A DNA stretch of 64,000 nucleotides from Terriglobia bacterium (GTDB lineage Bacteria; Acidobacteriota; Terriglobia; 20CM-2-55-15). The stretch spans positions 1 through 64,000 of the forward strand of contig CBDCLE010000020.1 in NCBI GenBank assembly GCA_965218585.1, read 5' to 3'. The notes beneath the pieces were generated by a model, which saw only the letters and a list, made by a program, of their open reading frames with translations, ran no database searches and was not told the DNA's origin. Positions 19,525-30,156 of this stretch are shown here, one piece after another (position 1 is the first letter of the stretch; every line of letters begins with the position of its first letter). The translations under genes and the position numbers were made by a program.

Positions 19525-20421
19525 TTATTCCTTTACTACGCTATTTCTTAGCGTTCCAATTCCTTCCACATCGATTTCGACGACATCGCCTGGTTTGAGG
19601 AATACGGGAGGCGTACGTCCCACGCCGACACCACTGGGTGTGCCCGTTGAAATCACGTCGCTAGGTTCCAGTGTCATTACACGAGAGATGTAAGACACCA
19701 GCTCGGGGACCTTGAATATCAAATTCCGTGTGTTTGAATCCTGCATCGTCTCTCCGTTCAGACGCAGCCGGATGTCGAGCCCATCGCCATCGCCAAGTAC
19801 GCTTACCGGCACCATGCATGGCCCCATTGGGGCAAACGTGTCGAAAGACTTTCCCCGAATCCACTGACTGTCAGATCTTTGAAGATCTCTTGCGGATACG
19901 TCGTTGACGATCGTATAGCCTGCGACGTAGTCGAGGGCTTTGCCGGCAGGAATGTGCCGTCCCCGCCGGCCGATGATCACGCCCAGTTCCGCCTCGTAGT
20001 CGATCTTGTCGCTCATTGCCGGGATCGCTATTTCATCGTCAAAGCCGGTAACCGTGTTCGGATACATGGCAAAGAGGAGCGGTTGTTCGGGAACAGGTCT
20101 GCCCACCTCCTTGGCATGATCGTGGTAGTTGAGGCCGATACCAATGACCTTCTGGGGAGCGAAGACGGGCTGTCGTGGGCGAAAGCCTCCTCGGGGAATG
20201 GTAAATTCGTCCATGGATGTGACGTCTAAGGCGCCGAGTCGTTTTTCCAGATCCTGGAGACCGTTGTTCCGACGAAGGACGTCTTCGAGCAAAGCTGCGG
20301 TCTCAATATCGACCTGTCCCCCTCTGTGCGCCGCCGGCAGGTCCAGACATGCGTTGTTGTCGAGCATCAGTCCCAGGTGGACATCTTTGCTTCCCGACGG
20401 CGAAAAATTCATGAATTTCAC
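19525..20421 (-). CDS. Fumarylacetoacetate hydrolase family protein
   Basis: GLNYHDH, DYEAEL, NDVSARD, KSFDTF, TGTPSGVG. Confidence 0.93.
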   Translation of the reverse strand: MKFMNFSPSGSKDVHLGLMLDNNACLDLPAAHRGGQVDIETAALLEDVLRRNNGLQDLEKRLGALDVTSMDEFTIPRGGFRPRQPVFAPQKVIGIGLNYHDHAKEVGRPVPEQPLLFAMYPNTVTGFDDEIAIPAMSDKIDYEAELGVIIGRRGRHIPAGKALDYVAGYTIVNDVSARDLQRSDSQWIRGKSFDTFAPMGPCMVPVSVLGDGDGLDIRLRLNGETMQDSNTRNLIFKVPELVSYISRVMTLEPSDVISTGTPSGVGVGRTPPVFLKPGDVVEIDVEGIGTLRNSVVKE

Positions 20422-20516
20422 TTGTTCCTCCTGTAGAATCCCTCAAAATAGCAGAATAGTATGGGGTCCGCTCGCGTCCCAACTGCGATCGCTATGATTT
20501 GATTGACTCCGCTGGC

Positions 20517-22043
20517 ATGAAAACCACCTCGCATCAGCCCAACGCCGAACCTCACTTCGAGCCTTTCTTCGAAAACCGCAGATCGTTTCTCCTGCTGCGG
20601 TGGCTCATCATAATTCTGGCTTCATATCTCACGTTGTTCAGCAACCTCAGGAGCCAGAATTTTATCGGCATTTTCCTTCTTGTTGTTGTCTTTTCGCTTT
20701 CCAACGTCGCCCTGAGCTTTCTTCCACAGAGGTCTTTTACGGCGATTCGGTCAAGCCGCCTGGTGACCGTGGCCGATGCGATTTTCATTTGCGGTTTTTT
20801 ATACCTTCTCCGCGTTTCGGGTCCGCCGATTCATTTCCCGCTGATGGGAATTCTCCTATTGGCGATCATCTGGCGTGACCTGAGGGTTGTTCTCTTTTCG
20901 TTGTTGGTCGTCAGTCTTCTCTTTGGTGCGTTTTCGTACTTCGATTTCCTTGGGTTCACGACATCGGTGATTCTCGAACAATTTCTTGCGATGGCGCTGT
21001 TTTTCGTGGTGGCTATCTTTTACGTGTTTCTGGTTGCCCGGTTCGATCGTGATGCCTTGACATCAACGACGATGCTGGAGGAAACCAAGAGTTCCGAAGT
21101 GATGGTCGAAATAGCTCGTACGTTATCCACGTCGATGAATGCGAACGACATCTACAACGAGATCGTTGACAGGCTCATGGACGCCGTCGATGGAACTGCC
21201 TGCTCGATCCTGCGTGTTGAAGGTGAACGGGCCGTTATCCTGGCCAGTTCGAGAGATTCTGAAGGTGCTGAAAATGCGGTTTCCGTAGACAGCATTCCGG
21301 CACTCAGAGAGGCGCATACGGAAAACCGTGTGGTCCATTCGGAAGGGGAAGACAGCAGCGAAGCCAACACCATAGCGATTCCGATAACGATCCGGGGTGA
21401 GGTCGAGGCCGTGATTTGCCTTGAGGACGGTCGGTACGGTGAAGAGCCTTCCAGCACAAGAATTCATTTTCTTGAGGTTGTCGCCAGCACCGCGGGGAAT
21501 GCGTTACGGAATGTCCAGATGTTCGAGGAAATGAAGCACCTGGCCCGGACGGACTTTCTCACCGGGTTGCCGAATCATCGATTTTTTCAATCCACGCTCT
21601 CGCGCGAAGTGAGCCGGACGCAGCGGCACAACCATACGTTGTCACTTCTCATAATCGACCTGGATTTTCTGAAAACGGTGAACGACAGGTTCGGACACCC
21701 GGCCGGCGATACTGTCATACGAAATGTTGCCGAAACAATCCAGGGGACGTGTCGCGACATCGATTTTGCAGCCCGTTACGGAGGCGAGGAGTTTGTGGTC
21801 ATTCTCCCGGAAACCGATCTTGGCGGAGCGATTCAAGTGGCTGAACGTATCCGACAAAGTATTGAAGCTACCGATGTCGGCGTCGTCGGACGTGTAACAG
21901 CGTCCGTCGGTGTGGCGAATCATCCGGTTAATGCGACCTCCAAGGAAGATCTTATTCGCGTCGCCGACCAGGCGTTATACGTTGCCAAGAACGGCGGCCG
22001 GAACCAAGTGGCTCATTTCAAGTATCAATTGACCACCATGTGA
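20517..22043 (+). CDS. Membrane-bound diguanylate cyclase (TM-GAF-GGDEF)
   Basis: Multiple TM helices, GAF-like segment, DFLTGLPN, RYGGEEF with RxxD I-site (RDID). Confidence 0.92.
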   Translation: MKTTSHQPNAEPHFEPFFENRRSFLLLRWLIIILASYLTLFSNLRSQNFIGIFLLVVVFSLSNVALSFLPQRSFTAIRSSRLVTVADAIFICGFLYLLRVSGPPIHFPLMGILLLAIIWRDLRVVLFSLLVVSLLFGAFSYFDFLGFTTSVILEQFLAMALFFVVAIFYVFLVARFDRDALTSTTMLEETKSSEVMVEIARTLSTSMNANDIYNEIVDRLMDAVDGTACSILRVEGERAVILASSRDSEGAENAVSVDSIPALREAHTENRVVHSEGEDSSEANTIAIPITIRGEVEAVICLEDGRYGEEPSSTRIHFLEVVASTAGNALRNVQMFEEMKHLARTDFLTGLPNHRFFQSTLSREVSRTQRHNHTLSLLIIDLDFLKTVNDRFGHPAGDTVIRNVAETIQGTCRDIDFAARYGGEEFVVILPETDLGGAIQVAERIRQSIEATDVGVVGRVTASVGVANHPVNATSKEDLIRVADQALYVAKNGGRNQVAHFKYQLTTM

Positions 22044-22186
22044 CATGTAGTAGTCGTTCTTGCCAGTGCGGTCCATGACCGCAGCGCGAATTCATCGATT
22101 TTCCAGAATCCAGCCGTTAAGTTAAGCTGTTTTGAGCAGTCGGGCCGCCTGACGCAGACTGTTTCGGATGGCTGGTGCGGAATATC

Positions 22187-22939
22187 ATGTCGAATTTCAT
22201 CGAGTTTGTTGATGTTCATAAGGCCTTCGAAGACAACGTCGTGCTGGACGGTGTGTCGTTCGGCGTTCGAAAGGGGGCAACGTTTGCGATTCTTGGGCCG
22301 AGCGGTGTGGGAAAGACCGTCCTGCTGACTCACGTGGTGGGATTCCTCTCTCCCGACGCTGGGAACGTTCTGGTCGACGGTCAGGACGTTACTCTCATGA
22401 CCGAACGACAGTTGGCCACGGTGAGGAAGAAGGTCCAGCTGGTTTTCCAATCCGGTGCTTTGTTCGACTCGCTTACCGTTTGGGAGAACGTGGCTTTCCC
22501 TCTCCAGGACATCGGTCTTGGTGACGAAGAGATCGAAGATCGTGTTGCAGAGAAGCTGAACCTCGTCGAGGTTGAGGATCTGGCCGAACTGATGCCTTCT
22601 GAGCTAAGCACGGGAATGAAGCGCGCTGTGGCCATAGCGCGTGCGCTTGCAGCCGAGCCCGAAGCGATTCTGTACGATGAGCCGACGACGATGGTCGATC
22701 CACTTCTATCGCAGACCATTAACGATTTGATTTCCAAGATGCAAGAAAAACTCGGACTCACGCAGATGGTCGTCACCCACGACATTGCAAATTGTGCCGA
22801 GAAAGTAGCCGATCATGTCGCCCTGCTTCACGAGGGGCGCTTTGTCTTTATCGGGACGATTCCTGAACTCTATCAGAGCGACCATCCCGTCGTCAGGGAG
22901 TTCGTTGAAGAAGACCGTTTTCGTTTTGAGAATCGATGA
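22187..22939 (+). CDS. ABC transporter ATP-binding protein, MlaF/Mkl type
   Basis: GPSGVGKT, FQSGALFDSLTVWENV, LSTGMKR, YDEPT, VTHD. Confidence 0.88.
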   Translation: MSNFIEFVDVHKAFEDNVVLDGVSFGVRKGATFAILGPSGVGKTVLLTHVVGFLSPDAGNVLVDGQDVTLMTERQLATVRKKVQLVFQSGALFDSLTVWENVAFPLQDIGLGDEEIEDRVAEKLNLVEVEDLAELMPSELSTGMKRAVAIARALAAEPEAILYDEPTTMVDPLLSQTINDLISKMQEKLGLTQMVVTHDIANCAEKVADHVALLHEGRFVFIGTIPELYQSDHPVVREFVEEDRFRFENR

Positions 22940-23619
22940 TTGAGGGAGCAAAACCTCTGATCATTCTGGATTTGGACGGGACATTGGTGGATTCCAAGGC
23001 GGACCTGTGTAAATCCGTCAATTACGTCCGCAGTGAGTTCGGGCTCAGTGCGATTAGTGAAACCTCGATCACAGGTCTGATCGGTAATGGAGCAATGGCG
23101 CTGATCCGCCGAGCTCTTGGGGACACGGTGTCTGAGGTTGAGGTCGAGCGGGGACTGAGGATGTTTCTAGACTATTACCGCGACCACATGTTGGACGAGT
23201 CCCGTCTCTACCCCGGAGTGCGCGAGACGCTGGAGATCCTCTCCGGTGCTAAATTGGCGGTTCTCACGAACAAGCCGTACAGGTTCAGCTGTCTGATGCT
23301 CGAAAGGTTGGGCATCTATGACCGGTTCGAAGCCGTGTACGGCGGGAACAGCTTCGAGCAGAAGAAACCGGACCCGGTCGGCATATTTCAGATACTTTCA
23401 GACACAGATGGTGAAAGGGATTCAACTTGGATGGTCGGAGATTCGTCTGTTGACGTCAGGACTGGAAGAAATGCGGGTGTCAGAACCTGTGGCGTTACTT
23501 ACGGCTATGCACCTGAGAGCTTTCAAGCGGACCCTCCTGACCACTCAATCGATACGTTTTCGGAACTTCCGGGTTTGGTCAGGGGAAATTCGGGGACGGA
23601 GATCGGATTTATCGAGTGA
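22936..23619 (+). CDS. gph: HAD hydrolase, phosphoglycolate phosphatase-like
   Basis: DLDGTLVDS, LTNKP, KKPDP, MVGDS, TYGY. Confidence 0.8.
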   Translation: MIEGAKPLIILDLDGTLVDSKADLCKSVNYVRSEFGLSAISETSITGLIGNGAMALIRRALGDTVSEVEVERGLRMFLDYYRDHMLDESRLYPGVRETLEILSGAKLAVLTNKPYRFSCLMLERLGIYDRFEAVYGGNSFEQKKPDPVGIFQILSDTDGERDSTWMVGDSSVDVRTGRNAGVRTCGVTYGYAPESFQADPPDHSIDTFSELPGLVRGNSGTEIGFIE

Positions 23620-23672
23620 CACATCAACCGGATGCCCAGCCGGAGAACTTGGTCGGCGTCCCTGAATCTCAT

Positions 23673-25640
23673 TTACATTCTGCTCGGGACAGTCACACCC
23701 AGCAGGTCGAGAGACTTGGTGAGGCTTTTCCGGACAAAGTCCACGACGAAAAGGTAGAACAGCTGCCGGTCCTCGTCTTTTTCAGCTAATACCCGGTACT
23801 TGTGATAGAAGAGGCTGAATTTCTGAGCCAGGGTGAACGCGAATTTGGCCAGCGTGGCAGGCTCCATGCTGGCCCTAACCTGGGCAGCAATCTCATCCAA
23901 CCGGGATGCGGTGTAGACCAGTTCCCACAGGTCGTCGGATTCATCGAGGAATGACCCAAGCCTGTCATCGCTGAGTAATCGGTCAAACTGGTTTGCTGAA
24001 AAGTCGGGATGATCGGCTTCCATTCTGCGAAAGATATTGTTTGCCCGAACAGTTGCGTACTGAACATAGGGTCCCGTTTCCCCGTCGAAATTTAACGCTT
24101 CGTCAAAGTCAAAGGCGATTACGGCGTTGCGTGTGAAGCGAAGTAGAAAATAACGCAGAGCACCGACAGCTATCTGATGAGCGATGTCGGCCTGCTCGGG
24201 TTTGGTTAAGCCGGGATTTCGCTTACGGACCTCCCCGAGAGCCTTGTCTTCAAGGATGTCCAGGAGGTCGTCCGCCTTTACACCCTGGCCTTTCCTGCCT
24301 GACACCTCCACATGGGGCCTTGCTCGATCTTCATCCGAGAGCTCAATACCAAGCTGGGTCGCGCACGCGGGAGTCAGAGCGACCATTTCATAGGAAAAAT
24401 GGATCGACCGGTCCGATTCTTCCGTGTAACCGAGTGCACGCACTCCTTCACGCACTACCCTTTGGGGGTATGACTGGCGAACGTCAATGACGTTGTAGAC
24501 CTTCTGGCCCCGCCCAAAGGCGGGGTGTTCAACGTCAAGCGTGTCTTGATCAGAGGTGGTCACCCAGATCGGTTGCCCGTCAGGGTGGTGATCGAAGATC
24601 GCATATTTGAAGTCGCGATCCAGTAGGCCCAGCTTCCACAATTGGTAAGCGATGTCTTTTCCGACATAGGTTACTGTTTCGTTCGACCGAACAATGATCT
24701 TGTCTTCGGTGCCGGAATCGGTTTCCAGCCGCATGACCCAACATCCTTGGTTCTTGCCGGTTTCTTCAAAGAAGATGGCCTCTCTCTCCTTGAGCATGGA
24801 GAAAGCCTCATCCCAGAACTTCAAGTGAAGGATGTCGCTCTCACGTGGAAGGACGTCGTAGTGGACGTTGATCCTTTCCATGGTCCGAAGATGACAACGG
24901 ACGATTGTCATGGCAACGTTCTCGGCCATGAGGGCTGTCTCGCTCGTGCCGTCCTCGATTTCCCGTAATATCTCGGTTCTCTTTGCGTAATCGGGATCTT
25001 CGTTTTCGTAAAAGGACGAGGCCTTCGCGTACAGATCCCAGCAGTAGTAGTCGAACTTCTGTCCCGGATCCGCGATCAAGGCCCGAACCTCTTCGACCGA
25101 ACGATTTTCGATGAAGCGGAAGCCGACGATTACATCTGCCACCTGAACCCCCGTGTTGTCGATGTAGTTCTGAACTTCGACTGGGTTGCCCGAAAAGCGC
25201 AGAGTACGTACGAAGGCATCCCCGATCGCAGCATTGCGGAGGTGTCCAATGTGGGCGGCCTTGTTGGGGTTGATGTTGGTGTGTTCGACAATGAGTTTTC
25301 CCTCCGAAGCGGGAAACCCTTCGAACGTATCGGTCTGAACTTCATTCATGGATCCAGCCAGAACCGTCCCCCGCTCCAGGTAGAAGTTGATATAACCCGG
25401 TCCGGCGATCTCCATCTTTCGGACACCCTCGATCTCCAGCAAATCAACGATCTCCTCAGCCACCGAACGCGGCGATTTACCGAGCGTCTTGGCGAGCCTC
25501 AGACAGAGAGGGGTTGCCAGCTCTCCAAACTCCACTTTGGGAGTCTGATTCAGGACGATCTCGGGAGGGTCGATCTGCCATCGCTTCCTGAGTTTCGATT
25601 GGAGCGCGCTGCGGATACGGGAGTGTAGGGCCAGTTGCAT
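23673..25640 (-). CDS. argS: Arginine--tRNA ligase
   Basis: PGYINF, NPNKAAHIGHLRN (HIGH), SGRKG, GETGPYVQYA. Confidence 0.95.
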   Translation of the reverse strand: MQLALHSRIRSALQSKLRKRWQIDPPEIVLNQTPKVEFGELATPLCLRLAKTLGKSPRSVAEEIVDLLEIEGVRKMEIAGPGYINFYLERGTVLAGSMNEVQTDTFEGFPASEGKLIVEHTNINPNKAAHIGHLRNAAIGDAFVRTLRFSGNPVEVQNYIDNTGVQVADVIVGFRFIENRSVEEVRALIADPGQKFDYYCWDLYAKASSFYENEDPDYAKRTEILREIEDGTSETALMAENVAMTIVRCHLRTMERINVHYDVLPRESDILHLKFWDEAFSMLKEREAIFFEETGKNQGCWVMRLETDSGTEDKIIVRSNETVTYVGKDIAYQLWKLGLLDRDFKYAIFDHHPDGQPIWVTTSDQDTLDVEHPAFGRGQKVYNVIDVRQSYPQRVVREGVRALGYTEESDRSIHFSYEMVALTPACATQLGIELSDEDRARPHVEVSGRKGQGVKADDLLDILEDKALGEVRKRNPGLTKPEQADIAHQIAVGALRYFLLRFTRNAVIAFDFDEALNFDGETGPYVQYATVRANNIFRRMEADHPDFSANQFDRLLSDDRLGSFLDESDDLWELVYTASRLDEIAAQVRASMEPATLAKFAFTLAQKFSLFYHKYRVLAEKDEDRQLFYLFVVDFVRKSLTKSLDLLGVTVPSRM

Positions 25641-25839
25641 AATCGATCATCATAGCAGCAGGTTGGAGTTTGAGGGGATGGGGGCTTTGTTCTGTGTAGG
25701 AGAGGGAAGTTACTTGCACGGTCCGATGAAGATTCCGCTCCCTCGTTCAGACGGCCGTCGTGGCCGAACGAGGGGCGGAGCTCGCGATCATCGTGATCGC
25801 AAGCCCTCTTGCTCAAACTGGAACGTTACGCTAAGGAAG

Positions 25840-25874
25840 AAAAGGCCCCGCACGGTTCCTCCGTGCGGGGGGCC
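25840..25874 (-). terminator. Intrinsic terminator-like hairpin on the minus strand
   Basis: Minus strand GGCCCCCCGCACGG-AGGAA-CCGTGCGGGGCC-TTTTC. Confidence 0.6.
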
Positions 25875-26053
25875 AACGAGGCTTGCCGAGGCGGCAGGCG
25901 TATAAAGATTCTGAACGGAGAGGCAGTTGGACGCGTCATTGACGAGAGGTGTTAGGAGGATCACCACATGCCCCTCAATTGCCTGCCCGCTTCACGATCG
26001 AGTACCATGGTGGTTTCGCTTCTTACCGGGAAATCAAACAGGGAATTGGCAAC

Positions 26054-27334
26054 GTGAAGACACTTTACTTCGACTGTTTTTCAGGAATCAGCGGAGACAT
26101 GACCATCGGCGCCCTCCTGGATCTGGGAGTGGACTTTGGTTACCTGAAGACTGAGCTGGGAAAGTTGCCGCTTCTCGATGAATCGGGGTTTGATACCGAG
26201 GTCGATTTGAGGTCGTCCCAGGTGATCCGGGCAAATATCAGCGCGGTTAAATTCGACGTAGTCGGAGAGGGCCTTGAAGAAGGCCATTCCCACTCTCACG
26301 GACACGGCCACGACCACGAACATGGTGACCAGGGCCATACGGACGTTCATTTCCACCGGAAGGCCTCCGAGATCGTCGACATGGTCAAGAGAAGCTCTCT
26401 TAGCCCGAAAGTTAGTGAGCAAGCAGTGTCCATATTTGAAAAATTAGCGATCTCAGAGGGGCGGGTGCACGACCTGCCACCGGAAGACGTGGAATTCCAT
26501 GAAGTCGGGGCGATCGATTCTATTGTGGATGTCGTGGGCACTGCAATCGGTCTGGATGCGCTCGAGGTGGGCCGTTGCTTGTGTTCGTCGATCAACATCG
26601 GCGGGGGCTTTATCCACTGTCAGCATGGGGTCTATCCGGTTCCGGCTCCTGCGACTGCGAATTTGTTGATCCATGCGCCGGTCTACTCGAAGCACGTCGA
26701 CGTCGAGTTGGTCACCCCGACCGGAGCGGCAATTCTGGCCGCAACCGTCGATCGGTTCGGTCCTATGGAAAGATTCGAGATCAAGGGAATCGGTTACGGA
26801 GCGGGCAGCAAGAGTCTGGGCGATTTCCCGAACTGCCTTAGGTTGTTTCTCGGTGACGAGGTTTCCGGAGGTCGAGCCGCTGCCGAAGAGGAGATCGTCG
26901 TAATCGAGGCCAATATCGACGACATGAGCGCCGAGGAACTCGCCTATGCCGGAGAAAAGCTTTTGTCGATGGGTGCCCTGGACGTGATCACAATGCCCGT
27001 ATTCATGAAGAAAGGACGGCCAGGGCACTTACTGCAGGTGCTTGCGATTCCGGAACACCAGGAGGTCCTTTCCCGGTTGATTTTCGAGGAGACAACAACA
27101 ATCGGAATTCGGAGTCGTCCAATGTCTCGGCTGGTCCTGGACCGGGAGATCCTGACAGTGGAGACCCCGCATGGGAAGATCGCTGTCAAGGTAGCACGCT
27201 TCGAGGGGCGTGTCGTCAACGTCAGTCCTGAATACGAAGATTGTGCGCGTCTGGCACGTGAAACCGGATTACCGTTTCATCAGATACGCGATGATGCGGT
27301 AAAAAGTTACGATGCGATACCAAACAACAGGTGA
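26054..27334 (+). CDS. larC: Nickel pincer cofactor biosynthesis protein LarC
   Basis: YFDCFSGISGDM, His-rich insert, FHEVGAIDSIVD, PVPAPAT, TPTGAA, NIDD, MKKGRP, PEYEDC. GTG start at 26054. Confidence 0.93.
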   Translation: MKTLYFDCFSGISGDMTIGALLDLGVDFGYLKTELGKLPLLDESGFDTEVDLRSSQVIRANISAVKFDVVGEGLEEGHSHSHGHGHDHEHGDQGHTDVHFHRKASEIVDMVKRSSLSPKVSEQAVSIFEKLAISEGRVHDLPPEDVEFHEVGAIDSIVDVVGTAIGLDALEVGRCLCSSINIGGGFIHCQHGVYPVPAPATANLLIHAPVYSKHVDVELVTPTGAAILAATVDRFGPMERFEIKGIGYGAGSKSLGDFPNCLRLFLGDEVSGGRAAAEEEIVVIEANIDDMSAEELAYAGEKLLSMGALDVITMPVFMKKGRPGHLLQVLAIPEHQEVLSRLIFEETTTIGIRSRPMSRLVLDREILTVETPHGKIAVKVARFEGRVVNVSPEYEDCARLARETGLPFHQIRDDAVKSYDAIPNNR

Positions 27335-29304
27335 ACCAAACCACAATGTCTGATTCTTTTTACCTCACAACCCCACTCTATTACGTCAACGCCGAGCCCC
27401 ATCTGGGCGGCACCTATACGACGATCGTATGTGACGCGATTGCGCGTTACAGGCGGATGATGGGGTTTGATGTGAGGTTCCTCACGGGAACTGACGAGCA
27501 TGGGCAAAAGATCGAACGGTCTGCCAGGGAGCAGGGAATCGAGCCGAAGGAACTGGCCGACCGTATTCAGGCCCAGTACCGGGATCTGTGGGAGAGTATC
27601 GGAATCAGCCATGACCTTTCGATCAGGACGACCGATCCACGCCATCCCGGTGCGGTCGGAGAAATCTACCGGCGCGCCAAGGCTAATGGTTTTGTTTACA
27701 AAGGGGAGTACGCCGGTTGGTATTGCGTTTCGTGCGAGGCCTACGCGCCGGACACCGACCCGAAGAAGCCGGCAGCGTGTCCGGATTGCGGACGCGAGAC
27801 TGAATGGTTCTCGGAAGAAAGCTATTTCTTCAAACTGTCTGAGTTCGAGGACCGTTTGCTCGATCACTACGCAGAGAATCCACACTTCGTTCATCCCGAG
27901 ACCCGGAAGAACGAAGTGGTCTCTTTCGTACAAGGTGGTCTGAGGGATCTGTCGATCAGCCGTGCAACACTGAAATGGGGTGTGCCTCTGCCGGATGATC
28001 CCGAACACGTGTTCTATGTCTGGTTCGATGCACTGATCGGCTACATGACGGGAATCGGTTATCAATCTGACGAAGCAATGTATTCGAAGTACTGGTCGGC
28101 AGATCTCCATGTCGTCGGGAAGGACATCCTGAGGTTTCATGCCGTTTACTGGCCCGCGTTTCTGATGGCGGCAGACCTGCCGCTGCCCAGGACGATTCTG
28201 ACTCATGGTTGGTGGCTGTTCAAGGACGAGAAAATGTCCAAGTCACGTGGAAACGTGCTCGATCCGGTTCTCTTGCGCGATGTCTTCGGAATCGAGGTGC
28301 TGCGGTATTTCCTGTTGCGCGAAATGGTATTTGGTCAGGACTGCAATTTGAGTTTCGATGCCATCATCCAGCGCGCGAATAGCGACCTCGCAAACGACCT
28401 CGGGAATCTGCTCAGTCGGACTGTTGCCATGATCCGGAAGTACCGCAAGGGCGTTGTTCCTACATCGGGCAGCGCACGAGGAGATGCCGATGTCGAGGAC
28501 GTCGCAGCCCGCGTTTTGGTCGAGTACAAGAAGCACTTCGACAGCTACGAGTTTTCACGTGCTGTCGAGAAGGTATGGGAGCTGATCTCCCGGGTGAACA
28601 AGTACATCGTAGAAAACGAACCCTGGGCGATCGCCAAGGACGATGACAAGGCCTCACAGCTTGACGGTGTGTTGTTTCATTGCGCCGAGGCGTTGCGACT
28701 GTCAGCGGTCATGTTGGCTCCGGTGATGCCGGAGTCGTCCCAGACGATCTGGGAACAACTTGGACTTGACGGGACGGTGGCCGACGCGTCCCTCGATGAA
28801 CTCGCCTGGTCCGATATCCTGTCTGGGATCAAGTTGAGGGGTGGTGATGCTCTGTTCCCGCGTGTCGAGGCTAAGGCCGTATACGCGAAACTCGAAGCCG
28901 GTCTCGATGCTCAAGCTGCGTCTGCGACTGCCGGCGCGGGCGACGAGAGCGATGCGGGCGTGCCTCCTCTGGCGCCCGAGATCACGATTGACGATTTCGT
29001 AAAACTCGATCTCAGGGTAGCAACGGTTCTCGAGGCCGAAAGGATCAAAGGCGCTGACAAACTCCTGCGGTTGGTCGTCGATGTTGGCTTCGAAACCCGT
29101 CAGGTGCTGGCCGGGATTGCCCAGTACTATGAACCCGCCGATCTTGTCGGTCGCAAGATAGTTGTCGTGGCAAACCTGAAACCCCGAAAGATGCGCGGAC
29201 TGGAATCGAAAGGGATGATCGTGGCGGCATCGGTTGGCCCGGAAGACACTCCGGCCCTTGTGGGCTTTGCCGACGAAGTCATAAATGGTTCCAGGTTGAG
29301 GTAG
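27331..29304 (+). CDS. metG: Methionine--tRNA ligase
   Basis: YYVNAEPHLG, TGTDEHGQK, Zn knuckle, KMSKS, C-terminal tRNA-binding domain. Confidence 0.97.
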   Translation: MNQTTMSDSFYLTTPLYYVNAEPHLGGTYTTIVCDAIARYRRMMGFDVRFLTGTDEHGQKIERSAREQGIEPKELADRIQAQYRDLWESIGISHDLSIRTTDPRHPGAVGEIYRRAKANGFVYKGEYAGWYCVSCEAYAPDTDPKKPAACPDCGRETEWFSEESYFFKLSEFEDRLLDHYAENPHFVHPETRKNEVVSFVQGGLRDLSISRATLKWGVPLPDDPEHVFYVWFDALIGYMTGIGYQSDEAMYSKYWSADLHVVGKDILRFHAVYWPAFLMAADLPLPRTILTHGWWLFKDEKMSKSRGNVLDPVLLRDVFGIEVLRYFLLREMVFGQDCNLSFDAIIQRANSDLANDLGNLLSRTVAMIRKYRKGVVPTSGSARGDADVEDVAARVLVEYKKHFDSYEFSRAVEKVWELISRVNKYIVENEPWAIAKDDDKASQLDGVLFHCAEALRLSAVMLAPVMPESSQTIWEQLGLDGTVADASLDELAWSDILSGIKLRGGDALFPRVEAKAVYAKLEAGLDAQAASATAGAGDESDAGVPPLAPEITIDDFVKLDLRVATVLEAERIKGADKLLRLVVDVGFETRQVLAGIAQYYEPADLVGRKIVVVANLKPRKMRGLESKGMIVAASVGPEDTPALVGFADEVINGSRLR

Positions 29305-29312
29305 CAGGTCCG

Positions 29313-30080
29313 ATGCTGGTCGACTCTCACGCTCACCTGGACGATGCCCGGTTCGATGACGACAGGGACGCTGTCCTTGGCCGGGCTCGAGAAGCCGGAG
29401 TCGGTACGATCCTGACAATTGGAAACGGTGACGGGCCCGACGACATGGGCTGCGGCCTCCGTTTTGCGGAAACCTACGATCGAGTTTACACCAGTGTCGG
29501 CATTCATCCTCACGATGCGGTTCGCACACGGGCGGAGCACTTCGAGTTGATGAAGGAGCTGGTCGATAATCCGAAGGTCGTCGCGATTGGAGAAACAGGG
29601 CTCGACTATTATTACGACAACTCGCCGAGAGACATCCAGCGCAAGGTGTTCCGTAAGCAACTCGTAGTAGCCCGGGAAGTGGATCGTCCTGTCATCGTCC
29701 ACACGCGCGATGCCGACGAGGACACCATTCAGATTCTGGAGAACGAGAAGCCCCGGCGAGGCGTAATCCACTGCTTCACAGGCGGCGAAACGCTTGCCAA
29801 GTGTGCCCTGGATCTAGGATTCATGATTTCTTTTTCCGGAATCGTTACTTTCAATCGATCTGCTGGCATTCAGGCAATCGCGGCCAGTGTGCCCGAAGAC
29901 AGAATTCTTGTGGAGACAGATTGTCCCTACCTGGCACCGGTACCCCATCGTGGGCGTCGTAATGAGCCTTCGTTTGTGCGGGACACTGCTCTGAAGCTGG
30001 CCGAGCTGAGGGGCGTTACAATTGAAGAAATAGAAACCCAGACATCCCGAAACTTCCACGAATTGTTTGATTTGTTATGA
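29313..30080 (+). CDS. tatD: TatD family deoxyribonuclease
   Basis: DSHAHL, GIHPH, GETGLDY, HTRDA, HCF, ETDCPYL. Confidence 0.93.
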   Translation: MLVDSHAHLDDARFDDDRDAVLGRAREAGVGTILTIGNGDGPDDMGCGLRFAETYDRVYTSVGIHPHDAVRTRAEHFELMKELVDNPKVVAIGETGLDYYYDNSPRDIQRKVFRKQLVVAREVDRPVIVHTRDADEDTIQILENEKPRRGVIHCFTGGETLAKCALDLGFMISFSGIVTFNRSAGIQAIAASVPEDRILVETDCPYLAPVPHRGRRNEPSFVRDTALKLAELRGVTIEEIETQTSRNFHELFDLL

Positions 30081-30156
30081 GGCGCCGATCTGGCGTCAGG
30101 AAAGATAAGAGTCTGGCGGCTCGTGCCGCGCGGACATGTCGTACAATGCATCTTCT

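Noticed and set aside
25641-25995. T-box riboswitch for argS (GGAGGAACCGTG in the terminator)
   Set aside because: It lacks the invariant UGGNACC bulge and a recognisable specifier stem. argS has its own -10 element 8 nt before the ATG.
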